DNA of 64,000 nucleotides from Chiloscyllium plagiosum (taxonomy: Eukaryota): the NCBI RefSeq assembly GCF_004010195.1, contig NC_057718.1:17676028-17740027 (forward strand), written 5' to 3'. Numbering within the stretch: position 1 is the first letter of the stretch; every line of letters starts with the position of its first letter. The translations under genes and the position numbers were made by a program. Shown piece after piece: positions 23,990-36,724 of the stretch. The notes under the pieces were generated by a model that searched no databases, was not told the origin of the DNA, and was given only the letters and a program-made list of their open reading frames with translations.

Positions 23990-24479
23990 TCTTGAACAGT
24001 AGAGGAATCAAGGGTTTCAGGGAAAAAGACAGGAAAGTGGCCTCCTGTTTCTATTTTTCATGATTCTATGGGTCCGAGCGCCTGTGTTGTTCTTACATCT
24101 GAAGCAACACACAACCTGTTCTCACCTCTTACCCACAGACAGGAGCATTGCAAGGGACAGTTGGCTCAATGGCTAATGTATGGCTTAGAACAACTGTAAC
24201 AGTGGGGGTTTAATTTAATTTAATTTAGTTTAATTCCCATTCTGGCTGAGGTAGACTTGGGTTTTGTCTCTTTGCACTGCCCAGGGAGTCAGCGGAAGGC
24301 AATAGCATTACTGACAAAAAACAGCTAAGAAATCAGCTCAGAAAGAAGTATCAGCAGGTAATAAGCCCAGGACTTGACATACATTCCCTCTCGGGAGTTG
24401 ACTTTCATTATTCTTAAGGCAGGGAAAGGCCAGATTCTGGGTTTGAGTGTCATTCCCAAGGCTTGAGGACAAAGCCAAG

Positions 24480-24720
24480 GTTTAATGGCTCAGTGAGGTT
24501 CTAAGGGAGTGCTACACCTTCATTGTATAAAATGTTATCAGCCAACATTGCAAAATGCACTCAAACTGGTCACTATCATCCTGCTTTTTATTGGAGCTTG
24601 CGCTGTTCAAACTGGGTGCTACAGTAAAATGATGACCACATTTCAGAAGTACCTCATTGTCTGTAAAGAGCTGAAAGGCACTGTCCAAATGCAAGATTTT
24701 TTTTCTCTTTTAATATGTTT
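24480..24720 (+). mobile_element. Deu-domain SINE remnant (3' part)
   Basis: agggagtgctacac...ggagcttgcgctgttcaaa...gtacctcattgtctgtaaag...aaatgcaag. Confidence 0.5.
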
Positions 24721-24752
24721 GCAAGAAGCAGAAAACTGAGAAGGACAGTCAT

Positions 24753-25058
24753 GATTAGATTAGATTCCCTACAGTGTAGAAACAGGCCCTTCAGCCCAAC
24801 CCGACCCTCCGGACAGTAACCCACCCAGACCCATTTCCCTCTGACTAATGCGCCTAACACTGTGGGCAAGTTAGCATGACAAATTCACCTGACCTGCACA
24901 TTTTTGGACTGTGGGAGGAAACCCGCACAGACACGGGGAGAATGTGCAAACTCCACACAGTCAGGCACCCAATGTTGGAATCGAACCTGGGACCCTGGTG
25001 CTGCGAGGCAGCGGTGCTGCGAGGCAGCAGTGCTAACCACTGAGCCACCATGCTGCCC
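24753..25058 (-). mobile_element. HE1-type V-SINE with a 16-bp internal tandem duplication
   Basis: (GATTA)n tail and A/B boxes; ggtgctgcgaggcagc is repeated at 24997-25012 and 25013-25028. Confidence 0.92.
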
Positions 25059-26123
25059 TATCTGAAGACAGACAAAGAACAATCGCATGTCATCTGTCCA
25101 TTGCTCTGATCATGGTTTGCCGCGCTGTATGATGGGCACTAGAAAAAGCAAAATACATGAAGGGATTTTAAAAACAATGACGTGACAGTAAGGGAATGTA
25201 CATTTGCAAACAATACCAGCAGTATATGTGCCTTCTGAGGCATGTTTTAATAGAATTAACGACGAATTAGAGTCTGCGCTCAGCACGCATCAAGAAAACC
25301 CATGCCACGATCTCACATGGCAACAGTTCTGACATGGCAACATGGACTGCTGTCTTCTAAATTGAGAATCTGGAATGTTCTGGTACAAAGCCAGTGCTGT
25401 GCTATCTATTCTTGCTTTATGGGGTACCATTAGTGGAAACTTTCACTGAGATGCAGCCACACACTTTGGACCAGCTCCAAGTATCACATGTGAAAGGCGA
25501 CTATGAGTGGGAGAAATGTATGTGCTGCAAATATAGCTTTCAGTCTGGCTGACTGAGGCGTTCAGTAAAGCTTTGAAGTTCAACAACACATCCAGGCACC
25601 CCAGAAAAGACATTTGTTCTTGGAAGTGCTGAGTGGTTTGAGCACCATTTTGCACGTTGGTATAATTATAGCCCGACTGATGACAGGCGTCTCGACAGTC
25701 TGCTGGCACAGTAGCAACTCTGGTCTCAAAGATCTGAGCCTGACCTCGGGGCCTGGTGCACTTGGGGTCTCTGACGGGACAAATCTCCTCAGCCTGCTCC
25801 TGATCGTCTGGTTCAGAAATCGAAAGCCTATTCACTTGGCTGGTCTGCTTCAGGACTCCAAAACAGGGAGGTCATTGGCAACACCAAAAAGAAAGTTGGG
25901 CAAGGGGAACAGAGTAAAAGGCAGGAAAAGGGATAGAATCGTGGCTTAATATGAGGCTATTATTCAATTCTTCCCTTCCACCATATTTTGTTCATTCAAT
26001 ACTGGCTTCAAATAGTGTGCAGCAGAGAGGGGAGCTAATTTGCACTCATCCTGTGTCACACGGCTGCTCCTAACCAGCTGCACTTAACAGTGTGATCCTA
26101 CTCTCTGGGAGGCACCTGACTTC

Positions 26124-26238
26124 ATGTGGAGGAGCCGGTGTTGGACTGGGTGGACAAAGTTAGAAATCACACAGAGCAGGTTATAGTCCAACAGGTTTAG
26201 TTGGACGCACTGTAACCTGGCGTTGTGTGATTTCTAAC
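26124..26238 (-). mobile_element. Centrally collapsed copy of the palindromic PLE-derived element found at 41856
   Basis: Shares the arms gttagaaatcacac...ttatagtccaacaggttt and ...gttgtgtgatttctaac; the central hammerhead-bearing part is missing. Confidence 0.8.
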
Positions 26239-26439
26239 CTCATCTGGAAACCTCACTCCAGCTGTGATTGACAGCTCAGCAGAAGGGAAGAGTGCGATGT
26301 GGAATGAGAGAGTGAAAGAGACAGAGAGACAAGGACACCAAAGTCCCATCTTTCTGTGTTCTCACACCAACGTGCTGTGTCGGATGTTGGCAGATTTTCT
26401 GTAATATGCACATGAGCTAAGATTTACTTACACTGCAGG

Positions 26440-26830
26440 ACTATAAAGCATAGAAGAAGACCATTCAGCCTGCCTTGTCTATGCTAGCACTGTGAAAGAA
26501 CCTTGCTAATTATTCCTGCTCTTCCCCGCGGCCTTTCAATTTTTTTGTTTCCTTTTAAGAATCTGTCCAATTTCCATTTGAAAGTTACAATTCAATCTGT
26601 TTCCACAATGCTTTCCGACGGTGCGTAAGTTGCTATGTAAAGCAGATTTCTGTTTATCTCTCCTTTAGATATTTTACCTATTATTTCCAACCTGAAACCT
26701 CTGGTTATTGACTATCCTATCTGATGAAGGATAGTCAACCTGTTTCATTATATAACCTGGGATAGTTTTGAATACTTTGCTTAAAGCTCCCTTCAAACTT
26801 TATGCTCTCAGGAAAACGGAACATACTTAA
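26440..26830 (-). mobile_element. Old CR1 3' fragment
   Basis: Degenerate reverse CR1 tail (gaagaagaccattcagcc...). Confidence 0.5.
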
Positions 26831-27524
26831 GAGAGTGCAAAATCCAAACATTTCGCAGGATGGGGTGGGGGTGGAAGTGGTTGTGGATGAGTGGGGTAAT
26901 TGGGAGAAGAGTTGAAAGGACAGCACAGGGAGTAACCAATATGATTTTCAACTTAGACAGCTTTAAGCCAGGGCTTCCCAAACTTTATCCCAAGGCGACC
27001 TCATTTTAATCAGACTTCCAGTGGCCAGAGTGAAAATTGAAGGAGAGTGATTTAAAACTGTTGAATGTCCCCTGTGGAAAAACAAAGACTCACTTTTTAA
27101 CAGGCTGCCATTTTAACAGCAATCTGAGAACTGACAATTAAGCCATACTCACTGACAGCCTGAAACCAGAGCATTTAAAGGCGGTGTTCATGATTTCTGC
27201 CTCCGAGTGCATGACCCCAAAATCTCTACCCATGCCCTGTGGGGGATTGCAACTGGGAAAAAAAATGAAGTAAGATTTGGGAAGAATCCAGAGAGTGATA
27301 CCAGATTGATGATGGCCCTGGCACTTCCAACAGCGTGTACTGATGAAGGTGGTGGTTGGTGAACAGTGAGAGAGTTAATTATTCAGAAACAGTTACGATG
27401 TTGAACCAGAGGTGGCCATTGAGGTTCTGTCGATGCAAGGAAATAACAGGATGCTCCAAGCAAACTTTATGAAAACTGCATTGAGGACAAGATCAAAGGA
27501 ATAGAGGAGCAGTCCCCTCAGGTG

Positions 27525-27725
27525 CATTAGCTCGACAGGTTGGATAGCTGCCCTACGTGTCAACAGCGTGGGTTTATTCCTCTATCAGCTGAGCTCATCG
27601 TGACAATCCCACCCTCTCAACCTTACCCTTCTCCAGAGGCATGTGACCCTCAAGTTAAACACACCATCAGCTGTGTCTCTAGCTCTCTCTCTAATGAGGG
27701 AGTAGGTTATGACAACTTCCACTTA
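27525..27725 (+). mobile_element. Unclassified SINE-like repeat; inverted copy at about 42100-42200
   Basis: gtgaccctcaagttaaac.cacca.cag...tctctctctaatgag is the reverse complement of 42108-42160. Confidence 0.6.
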
Positions 27726-29639
27726 TACCAAGCCTGTTAGGTTATTCAATGAGAGTTAAGGTGATTCATACCTTTGGCTCCATATGCTTCAATATCCTGG
27801 TCTATCAAAAATGTATTGATCCCAATTTTTAAATTATGAATTGCATCAGTAATCACTACCTTTGCAGGGCAGTATTCTCCAATTCTTCCATTCTTTAAGT
27901 GAGAACCACTTGCTAATCTCTCTCCTGAAGAGGCTGGCTCTGATATTAAGAACTCCATCAGTGCAATAAGCACTCTCACTCCTTCTCCTCTAATCCAATC
28001 AACCTAAACCTCTTGTCTTCCCAATAATACACAACTAAATTCTGTGCTCTCTCAGAATCTAATCCCTAGAGCAATGGCAACATTCTGATGAATCTGGCCA
28101 CCTTCCAAAGTCAATACTGTATATCCTTTCGAAGGTGCAGTGCTCAGAACTATGCGCACTTCACTAATCTATTATCCTCAAACAATTCCCACCATTACTT
28201 CTAATTTGTGCTCAGAAAAATGCTCCAGGGATCGTTCTCCTTGACACTCCTATCGATATGGAACCTTTACAAAGGAACTATCCCTTTGTCTTAACATAGA
28301 GCCCCACTAATCACCGGTCTGTGTCACGATCTTATCAGACACTTTTCACCCTTTTGGATTCACTTGCTGTGGTGTGCTTGCATTTTTACACAGAGCGTTA
28401 TTAATCACCCTTCCCTTTTATGCCTCATAATATTCAGGATACGTGGAAATGCTCTTTTGTTTCATGAATTATGGGCATTCTCTGACTATTGATCACCCCA
28501 TTAAATTAGCCTTTGTGCTGCTACATGGCAGATTTATCAAATCACACTTTGCGCTTCATCACTTTCTGCATTCTCGCCAGTGTTTGATACTTTTATACGT
28601 GCCAGTTTTAGGTTCTCCGTCCATTCATTTTTCTCCTGATGTTTTGCAACAAGGTTTCATATATTCCCAGTGTTGTCAAGGCAGCCTTCAGTGCAAGGCT
28701 CTGTATAAAGGAGCTCAATGTTGGAGAGCCAGATAGAGGCAAGCTCTGGTTTTGTTTTGTGTGCTATTTCCTGAAAATTCCAGACTCGTGAATATTTCTT
28801 CCTGAGTGTTGACACCAGGAGTTCAGAAAGCCTGCACAACACCAGAGAACAAAACGCCTACCCCTCCGTAGCCCCTGAGTAGTGGCTACTGTTCAATTAA
28901 GAATGATCACGTTCTAGAATAAACACATTCTTTTTCAACACCTGCCTTTCAATGGAACTCGTAACTAAACTTCTTTTGAGAGCTGGAAGCTACTGCATAT
29001 CAATGATGTGGAAGCATTGGTGCTTTCATACAGTCATTGCATCAATTTGCAGCATTGTAGGTGGAGGTGGGAAATGACATCAATCGCAATCCTGTCCTTT
29101 GTTGTTGCCATGCAATAAATAATCTTCTCTTTTCACAAGGGGGTAAATTAAAAAGGCTCTGCTTAGGATGAGCATTGAAATCTTCAGTGCAAGTTCTTCT
29201 TCAGCTGGGTTCCAGGAACAAAGTATCAAAAGCTCTGAAGGAGGATCACTGGACCCGAAACGTTACGTCTGCTTTCTCTCTGTGAATGCTGCCAAATCTG
29301 TTGAGCTTTTCTGAAAATTTCCATTTTTGTTTCTGATCTCCAGCATCTGCAGTTCTTTGTTTTTGTTTTAGTAAAGTATCGAAGATTAGAGGAGGCTGAG
29401 TTCTTGCAGCTTTTCTGCTGTGGTTCTGAATGAAGACTTCCCGAACACCCTCCACATCGACTCCCTGAAAACATGGTGCAAATTCGCCCCCCTCATCCTT
29501 TGATAAAAATTTTGCAGTGTAACACTGCACCTTTCCCAAGGTCATGCAAAGGTTAGGGAACGAGAATATGGGACAGTCAATAAAGAGAAACCAACTCACA
29601 TGAACAAAGGGTAAGAAAGTGAGAAACTGTTGTCACTTA

Positions 29640-30345
29640 TAGAGCACACAATCTCAGTATGAACCGCCAAAGTAGTATTTTTGAAACATGGTTGCTGTAG
29701 TAATGTAGAAAACATGGCAAACAATTTGCACACAGCAAGGTCTCAAAAACAATAAAGAAGTAATCCCAAGATAATGTGAGTATTTTCTTTTTGGGACAGA
29801 TATATATTGGCCAATACACTGGGGATAAGTCCTCTGATCTTTAGAATCTCTTACACCCACAACAGAAGATAGAAAGGGCATTGGATTAACAACTTATCAA
29901 AAGGTGGCATCTGTGACAGTGTGGCACATCCTTGGCACTGCAATGGAATATCAGCCTAGACTTTGTGCTTCAACATCACAGTGGCTCAATGGTGAGCACT
30001 GCAGCCGCACAGCACTAGGGTCCCAGGTTCGATTCCAGGCTCGGGCAACTGTGCAAACTCCACACAGACATTCTTCCCCTTGTCTACGCGGGTTCCTTTC
30101 GGGTGCTCCGGTTTCCTCCCACAGTCCGAAGATGAGCAGGTCAGGTGAATAGGCCATGCTAACTTGCCCGTAGTGCAAGGTGCATTAGCCAGAGGGAAAT
30201 GGGTCTGGGTGGGTTACTCTTTGGAGGGTCAGTGTGGACCAGTTGGGCCAAAGGGCCTGATTCCACACTGTAGGGAATCTAATCTAATCTGTACATGGCT
30301 TGGACCCATGGCCTTCTGAGGAAAGTGCTACCCACTGAATCGCAG
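29640..30345 (-). mobile_element. Deu-domain SINE split by an HE1 insertion
   Basis: Reverse Deu-domain sequence (gacagtgtggcacatccttggcactgcaatggaatatcagcctagactttgtgct) stops at about 29973 and resumes after 30290. Confidence 0.65.
29974..30290 (+). mobile_element. HE1-type V-SINE
   Basis: Box A tggctcaatgg, box B ggttcgattcc, V-domain and (AATCT)n tail. Confidence 0.92.
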
Positions 30346-31580
30346 CTGGCAACCAGCACTGGGATGGGTTTCCAGCATCTTAGTGCCCCCCTGTGCCACC
30401 ATCATTCAATTGCCAAGGATATTGGTGAGCCCCTGCTGGGTGAACAGTTGAACACCCAGGCTGTAAGAAAGGCTTAGTGGCAAGGAGATGGCTTCCCAAA
30501 AGAAAGAAGATAAATGGAAAGCCCTGTAGAGGATTGAGAGAGCAGTTGTATTTCCATAGCTCTGATTGCAGATTGAGTTGGTAACCTGAAAACCAACCCA
30601 AAACTAGAGAGACTGTGGGAAAACAGGGTGGGATCAATTTGATGCAACCAAAATTAATTGAAAAGAATTAACAACCTCAGTGATAATGAATGCCTTATGT
30701 AATACAGGATTGTTAAATCAAGAGCTTTGTTTCAAAACTAGATTCCTTAAACCCATTCTCAGACAGGCTGTTTAAAAGCTTTATTGTTCAGATGGAAATT
30801 GGATGGGTTAGAATCTGAGATTTGAAAACTGGTTGTGTTTTTTTTCTCATTTTCTTTGAACATTTTTGTCTGTTAGCCAAAGGGGAGCCAAGACCACATG
30901 ACTGACAGTCGAGAATGATCCCAATTCGCACCCAGTCTGTTTGTTCTTGATTGGTTAGAGAGAGCAGGATGCTAGGAAGGTGGGATGCATTGGGTGACCA
31001 ATCACGGGAGTGAGGGCAGGGCCTGTCAGGAACCATGTGATAAGAGCTCCCTGTCACCCAGACAGGAGTCACTTGTATATAAACATACAGAAAACAGAGA
31101 CAGATAAACATGTAGGGTTACAGAGCTGGGTGCAGGGGAATGGAGCTGATTGGATTTTTCAACAGAAAGCTGGAGTGGACTTGACGGGCTGAAGGGCCTG
31201 TTGCTGTGCCACAATGACTCCAGGAAGTGCATACCAGCCTGGAGATGATTAGCTGGTTCATCAAGCTTGCAACATGGTCATAATGGTCTTCCGGTGACAT
31301 GTGACAGTCTCTTGGCATCGCATGGCCTCAGCGTGGTCTCCCAGCCTTGAGGAGATTCCAAAGCGATTTCCTGGCCTTGTGAACCTCAGAGTGAAGCCTG
31401 GCGCAGACTGGAGGCTAGTTGCCAGTGTGGTCTGGGTTGGAAGACCATTGTCCTGAACTTCCTATTTCTTTATTTTCTAAGATCTCGTCACTGAAGAAGC
31501 TGTACCTCACCATCTTTGTACCTAAGATGGCACTGCAAGTGACGACATATAAACTTTTCACAGTACTTATTTGAGTACAT

Positions 31581-32329
31581 TTATGGTAAGGTCCTAGGGA
31601 GTATTGCTGAACAAAGAGACCTTGGAGTGCAGGTTCATAGCTCCTTGAAAGTGGAGTCGCAGGTAGATAGGATCGTGAAGAAGGCATTTGGTATGCTTTC
31701 CTTTATTGGTCAGAGTATTGAGTACAGGAGTTGGGAGGTCATGTTTTGGCTGTACAGGTCATTGGTTAGTCCACTGTTGGAATATTGCGTGCAATTCTGG
31801 TCTCCTTCCTATCAGAAACATGTTGTGAAACTTGAAAGGGTTCAGAAAAGATTTACAAGGATGTTGCCAGGGTTTGAGGATCTGAGCTATAGGGAGAGTC
31901 TGAACAGGCTGGGGCTGTTTTTCTTGGAGCGTCGGAGACTGAGGGGTGACCTTATAGAGGTTTACAAAATTATGAGGGGCATGGATAGGATAAATAGACA
32001 AAGTCTTTTCCCTGGGGTTGGGGAGTCCAGAACTAGAGGGCATAGATTTAAGGTGAGAGGGGAAAGATATAAAAGAGACCTAAGGGGCAACTTTTTCACT
32101 CAGACGGTGGTATGTGTATGGAATGAGCAGCCAGAGGAAGTGGTGGAGGCTGGTACAATTGCAACTTTTAAGAGGCATTTGGATGGGCATATGAATAGGA
32201 AGGGTTTGGAGGGATATGGGGCGGGTGCTGGCAGGTGGCACTAGATTGGGTTTGGATATCTGGTCAGCATGGGCAGGTTGGACCGAAGGGTCTGTTTCCA
32301 TGCTGTACATCTCTATGACTCTATGACTC
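31581..32329 (+). mobile_element. Young 5'-truncated CR1
   Basis: ORF 31627-32244 is the ORF2 C-terminus; (CTATGACT)n tail; TACAT duplication (31576-31580, 32330-32334). Confidence 0.95.
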
Positions 32330-33099
32330 TACATGTAACAATAAAGCTAAGTGAATTCAATTCTGCACGCTTCCTCATTGCTATTGGGAGAGCTTGTTGC
32401 ATGGACAGCAAGATTAACAGGACAGTTTAATATGGGAGACTGAAGAGGGAAAAGTAATGGAAACAATAAATGATACTAAAAATGGGACTGCAGAACAATG
32501 TTCACTTCTAAATAGTGGAAGCAAAACTGCAATATTAGAAGGTCCTATGGGGTTTGAGGTTACTGGAGTCAGAGTTAAAGGGTTAAATCTGTGCAGAAGC
32601 ATTAGTAAGGTTTTGATAATGAAACGAGTCCTTCAGACGAAGGTAAGATATCTTGACACGCAAGAGCATTAAGAATTTCCTTCCCTTTTCTGGGGACAAT
32701 CATGGAACCAGTTCAAAGTAATCATCCCACAAACATTTGGGAAGCATTACAAGTATATGCAAACTTTAAGCCAATTTTTTTTTTGTAGACGAAATTGCAA
32801 AGTTCTACCAAAAAAAAAGTTTAATTCACTGGCACAGAGCCACACTGCTTCAATGTGTGGCCTCCAGATGTCTGCGAGCACTTCCTAACAGAAGCTGAGA
32901 CTATGATATTGAGTGGAAGAGCAGTTCAAACCCTGCCAACAACACTTGCACTCTTTCAATTGAGGAGCCCCAGCCCTGATATGGAAATGAGTTCAGGTTG
33001 GTAAACCACAAGAATCTGGGAATGTCTGTCATCTCAAGGTTTGTCTGTCTCCTCCTGAATGCTGCCCTTGATTGTCTATGTTGTGAATTCCTGAGCAGT

Positions 33100-33880
33100 G
33101 ACAAAGGAGGCTGTAGCATAAATAAGGTTATAGCTTCAGATGAGATTTTCAACCACTGCAACCACCTCACCCCCTTCCGCTCCATCAAGGAACTGCCTTA
33201 TGCCACAATGAATCTCCTCTGCTTGCACCTCCCCATGCAATCGCAGGAGGTGTGACACTTGTCCCCTTTACCTTTCTCCTTCCTCATTATCCAAAGCCCC
33301 AAGCACACCTTTCTGAAGCAGCGTTTTCCACCACCTTCTCTGAATCTATGGCTCACAATGTTGTCTCCTCTACATTGCGGAGACCATGTACAAGCTGGGT
33401 GATCGCTTAATTTGGGGAACACTTCCAACTCATCTGAAAGGAATGATTCTGACCTTCAGCTGTTCCAATATACTGCCTTGTCCTCATGCTCACATTTCTG
33501 TCCAAGGTTCACTGCAGTGTTCCATGGATGCCCAATGCAAGTTGGAAGAATGGAACCTCATTTTCCGCTCAGGTATTTGAAGTTTTATGTTAACATTGAG
33601 GTCTAACGACATCACAGCTATTTTGCTATTCCTTCCCGTCCTGCAGTGTCTCTGTGTTGGTTTCAGTCAGAGCTGACCCTTATTTCGCTATTAACATCTA
33701 CTCCAGACCAAGGGCTGCTTATCTGCAACCATTACTACACCCTCTGCTTTTTGTTAAACAGAAGAATTCTACAGAAGAGTCAGATTGGTCTTGAAACATT
33801 TTCCCTTTTTCTCTCTTCACAGATGCTGAGTTTCTTCATCACTTGATTTTGTTTCTGATCTCCATCTTCTGCCATGTTTA
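33100..33880 (+). mobile_element. Old Penelope-like element remnant
   Basis: Degenerate homology to 23448-23989 (ttggaagaatggaacctcattttccgctcagg) and a decayed pseudo-LTR with a GAAAC core at about 33770-33830. Confidence 0.6.
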
Positions 33881-34470
33881 TTTTTAATATTCCCTTCCAC
33901 TTTTTTCTGAACCCCCTCCAGTGCATCACCCGTGTGCATGGAAAAGCAAATGGCACACCAAGTGCTGTGAGGCGTTCCTGACAGCTGTGATCGAGGGCAA
34001 ATCTTTTAAAAGGTGTTCACTATTTGCTGACATGGAAAGTAGCTTTTCTGTCAGGCTCATACTTCTTGTAGGGTGCATTGTCCACTGATAGCATGCAATT
34101 TCCAAACTCAGCATCATCTTCTGATCATTACTGAGCAGCAAGTCCCACTGGCGAAGGCCCGCTGTAAGAACATGGAGTTGGGATAATGACACAGAAAGGC
34201 ATGGAACCTTCTGAGCACTTGAATCCAGGCATGAGCATGTGAACATTGGCTGAGAATGCGCTATATTCTTTTGAAAACCAAGCTGAATTAATCTAAATTA
34301 AAGCTAATGCAACCCAAATAAAGACCGGCAGCCCTTTAGAGGAACACTGTGACAAAAAACCAAATATTTAAATTGCACTTTTGAAACTCAAATCAACATG
34401 TGATTATGTTGAGGGGTGTGTAACAATGCCCTCCAGCTCCTGCAGTGCCCACTGGCGATGGGGGCACATA

Positions 34471-34605
34471 GGTGAAAGTGAGGACTGCAGATACTGGAGA
34501 TCAGTGTCAAAATAAGAGTGGTGCTGAAAGGGTTTTTGCCCGATTTTCCTGCTCCTCGGATGCTGCCTGACCTGCTGTGCTTTTCCAGCACCACTCTAAT
34601 CTTGA
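34471..34605. mobile_element. PLE pseudo-LTR-derived inverted element with deleted hammerhead core
   Basis: Inverted arms agagtggtgctg / cagcaccactct; tail homologous to 23925-23989. Confidence 0.75.
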
Positions 34606-34879
34606 TGGATGCACACATCTGAACTCTTTGGTGAAGACAAATTTAAATGATAACCAAATTAAACCAAGTCAAAAATCGACAGCCCCTTAAAAGAGGCACA
34701 GTTACAAAAATCAAAATGTTCAAACAAAACAAAAATTTTAAATTAAAAATGTAATTCCAGCTAGACAAAACGTATTCCAGCCCCTGCAGGGCCACTAGCC
34801 TCACTTGGATGCACTTGTATATGTACATATGTCATTTCCACGTGTATGGATTGTTTTACAGTCATCTCTAGTTGTCCTA

Positions 34880-35220
34880 GTGAGTCACCTTCTTGACAAC
34901 ATAGTGGCCCTTTCAGAAAGCAGTCACAGTCAACCATATCGCTGTGGGTTCCGAATCAAAAAGCGGCCAGATTGGGTAAGGACAGCAGATCTTCTATCCC
35001 AAAAACAAATCAGTGAGCCAGCTGATTTTATTTTTAATGACGATCTGGTAGCTACATGGTCAGTGCTACAGATACCAGCTTTTTATTCCAGATTTATTTA
35101 ATCAACTGTATTTAAATTCCCCAGCTGCTGTGGTGGGATTTGAATTCATATCTTTGGGCCATCAATTCAAGCTGACTGGATTACAAGCCCAGTAATATAA
35201 CCATGATGCTACTATTCTCC
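34880..35220 (-). mobile_element. tRNA-headed SINE of a second family; related copies at about 19625-19830, 49800-50085, 54845-55085 and 63410-63700
   Basis: The copies share a core (cccatctggctcactaatgtc...cctggtctggcct...gacccacagcaat and its reverse complement); reverse box B gggatttgaa. Confidence 0.6.
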
Positions 35221-36404
35221 ATTTATTAGATTTACACAAGAGAATGTACACCTGTTCTAAACTAAACTAATTTTTAAAAGAAGGCATGCTGGTAGAATGT
35301 GTTCCATTACAAACTGTAGACAAATATAGATATAACTTATACTTGGGCTGGCCACAAACCAAAATATAAACTTCTGGTTGTTCATGGTCACTGCTCACAT
35401 CAACCTTTCTTCAACTAGATTTTACTTATTTTAAGACAGTTTGCTTTCTCTTCGAGTCAGATATTAAAATGACCAGACATGTTTGCTTGATACAAAATAC
35501 AGACAGGTGCTTGGCTCCCATTCTGCAGCACACGGATAGGCACGAGGATTCTAACTTCAGCAGGTTCCCTTCCTTAGACAAACCCCACCCATTAAAAGAT
35601 CAATGCAACAAATATTTTGAGTGGAGCTAATCTCTTGTGAATAGACTGTGAATGCACGAATCCCTCTCCGCCCCCACTCCTGCCGAGAATAACACAGATC
35701 AAACCTTAACCCTTGAGTGACTGGTTACCTTTACACTGCATCCAAAGCATTCCACAAACCACCATGCAAAATCCCTCAGATTCCAATGGTCTGCTCAAAT
35801 AATATAAGCCAAGAGATTATTTTTGACAATATACGTTGTGGAATGTTTAGCAAACATGCACAATACTTTTCTGCCTTACGTTTAGCAGAGATTTTAAATC
35901 ATTCGAAACATATGAAGCATGTCACATAAGCAAGCAGCAGATAGGTATACTAGTCACAACTCTCCCAACTCCAACACTGCATTCTCCTCCTCTTTCATTT
36001 ATCCTTACTTTTGTACCTTTGAGTCTGCGGGTTATGTCCACAATCTCTAATCAGAGAAGCAGGTGACAATCTTCCTCCAACTATATTGACGTTGAATAGT
36101 CAAAGAAAGATGTTGTTGCTGAAGGAGTCTCGGATGAGTCTCTGTTACAATGCACTTTGCTCCCTTTATGGAATAAATGCTGCAACAATCTGAGCCCTTG
36201 ATTTGGATGGGACTCTTATATAGGTGAAAGAGGAAGGCTCCTTTGATAGTAATATTGTTTGATGGAAAAATATTGGCCAGAACAGCAGATATAGCCTCCT
36301 TGCTCTTTGAAAAACTGATGTGGGATCTTTAGCAACTCTCAGAGAAGGCATAAAATGCCTGAGTTTCACTTCTCCCCCAATGGACAGTCCCCCTGTTGCA
36401 CCGT

Positions 36405-36724
36405 GGGCGGCACGGTGGCACAGTGGTTAGCACTGCTGCCTCAGCGCCAGAGACCCGGGTTCAATTCCCACCTCAGGCGACCGACTGTGTGGAGTTTGCA
36501 CATTCTCCCCGTGTCTGTGTGGGTTTCCTCCGGGTGCTCCGGTTTCCTCCCACAGTCCAAAAATGTGCAGGTTAGGTGAATTGGCCATGCTAAATTGCCT
36601 GTAGTGTTAGGTGCAGGGGTAAATGTAGGGGAATGAGTCTGGGTGGGTGCGCTTCGGCGGGTCGGTGTGGACTTGTTGGGCTGAAGGGCCTGTTTCCACA
36701 CTGTAAGTAATCTAATCTAATCTA
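36405..36724 (+). mobile_element. Full-length young HE1-type V-SINE, inserted in a Deu-SINE remnant (about 36230-36810)
   Basis: gggcggcacggTGGCACAGTGGttagc...GGTTCAATTCC (Pol III A/B boxes), V-domain gggtttcctccgggtgctccggtttcctccc, CR1-like 3' end and (TAATC)n tail. Confidence 0.95.

Larger units (their letters stand above)
23180..24070 (+). mobile_element. Old CR1 3' fragment split by a PLE insertion
   Basis: CR1 C-terminal sequence at 23180-23447 resumes at 23997. Confidence 0.75.

Noticed and set aside
25443..25949. Overlapping 130-aa and 111-aa ORFs as a nested gene or extra CRIM1 exon
   Set aside because: There is no recognisable domain, and exons 5 and 6 already join in frame to give the expected protein.
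36405..36480. tRNA gene
   Set aside because: The A/B boxes belong to the tRNA-derived head of a SINE and continue into the V-domain and LINE-like tail; the same applies to the other copies.
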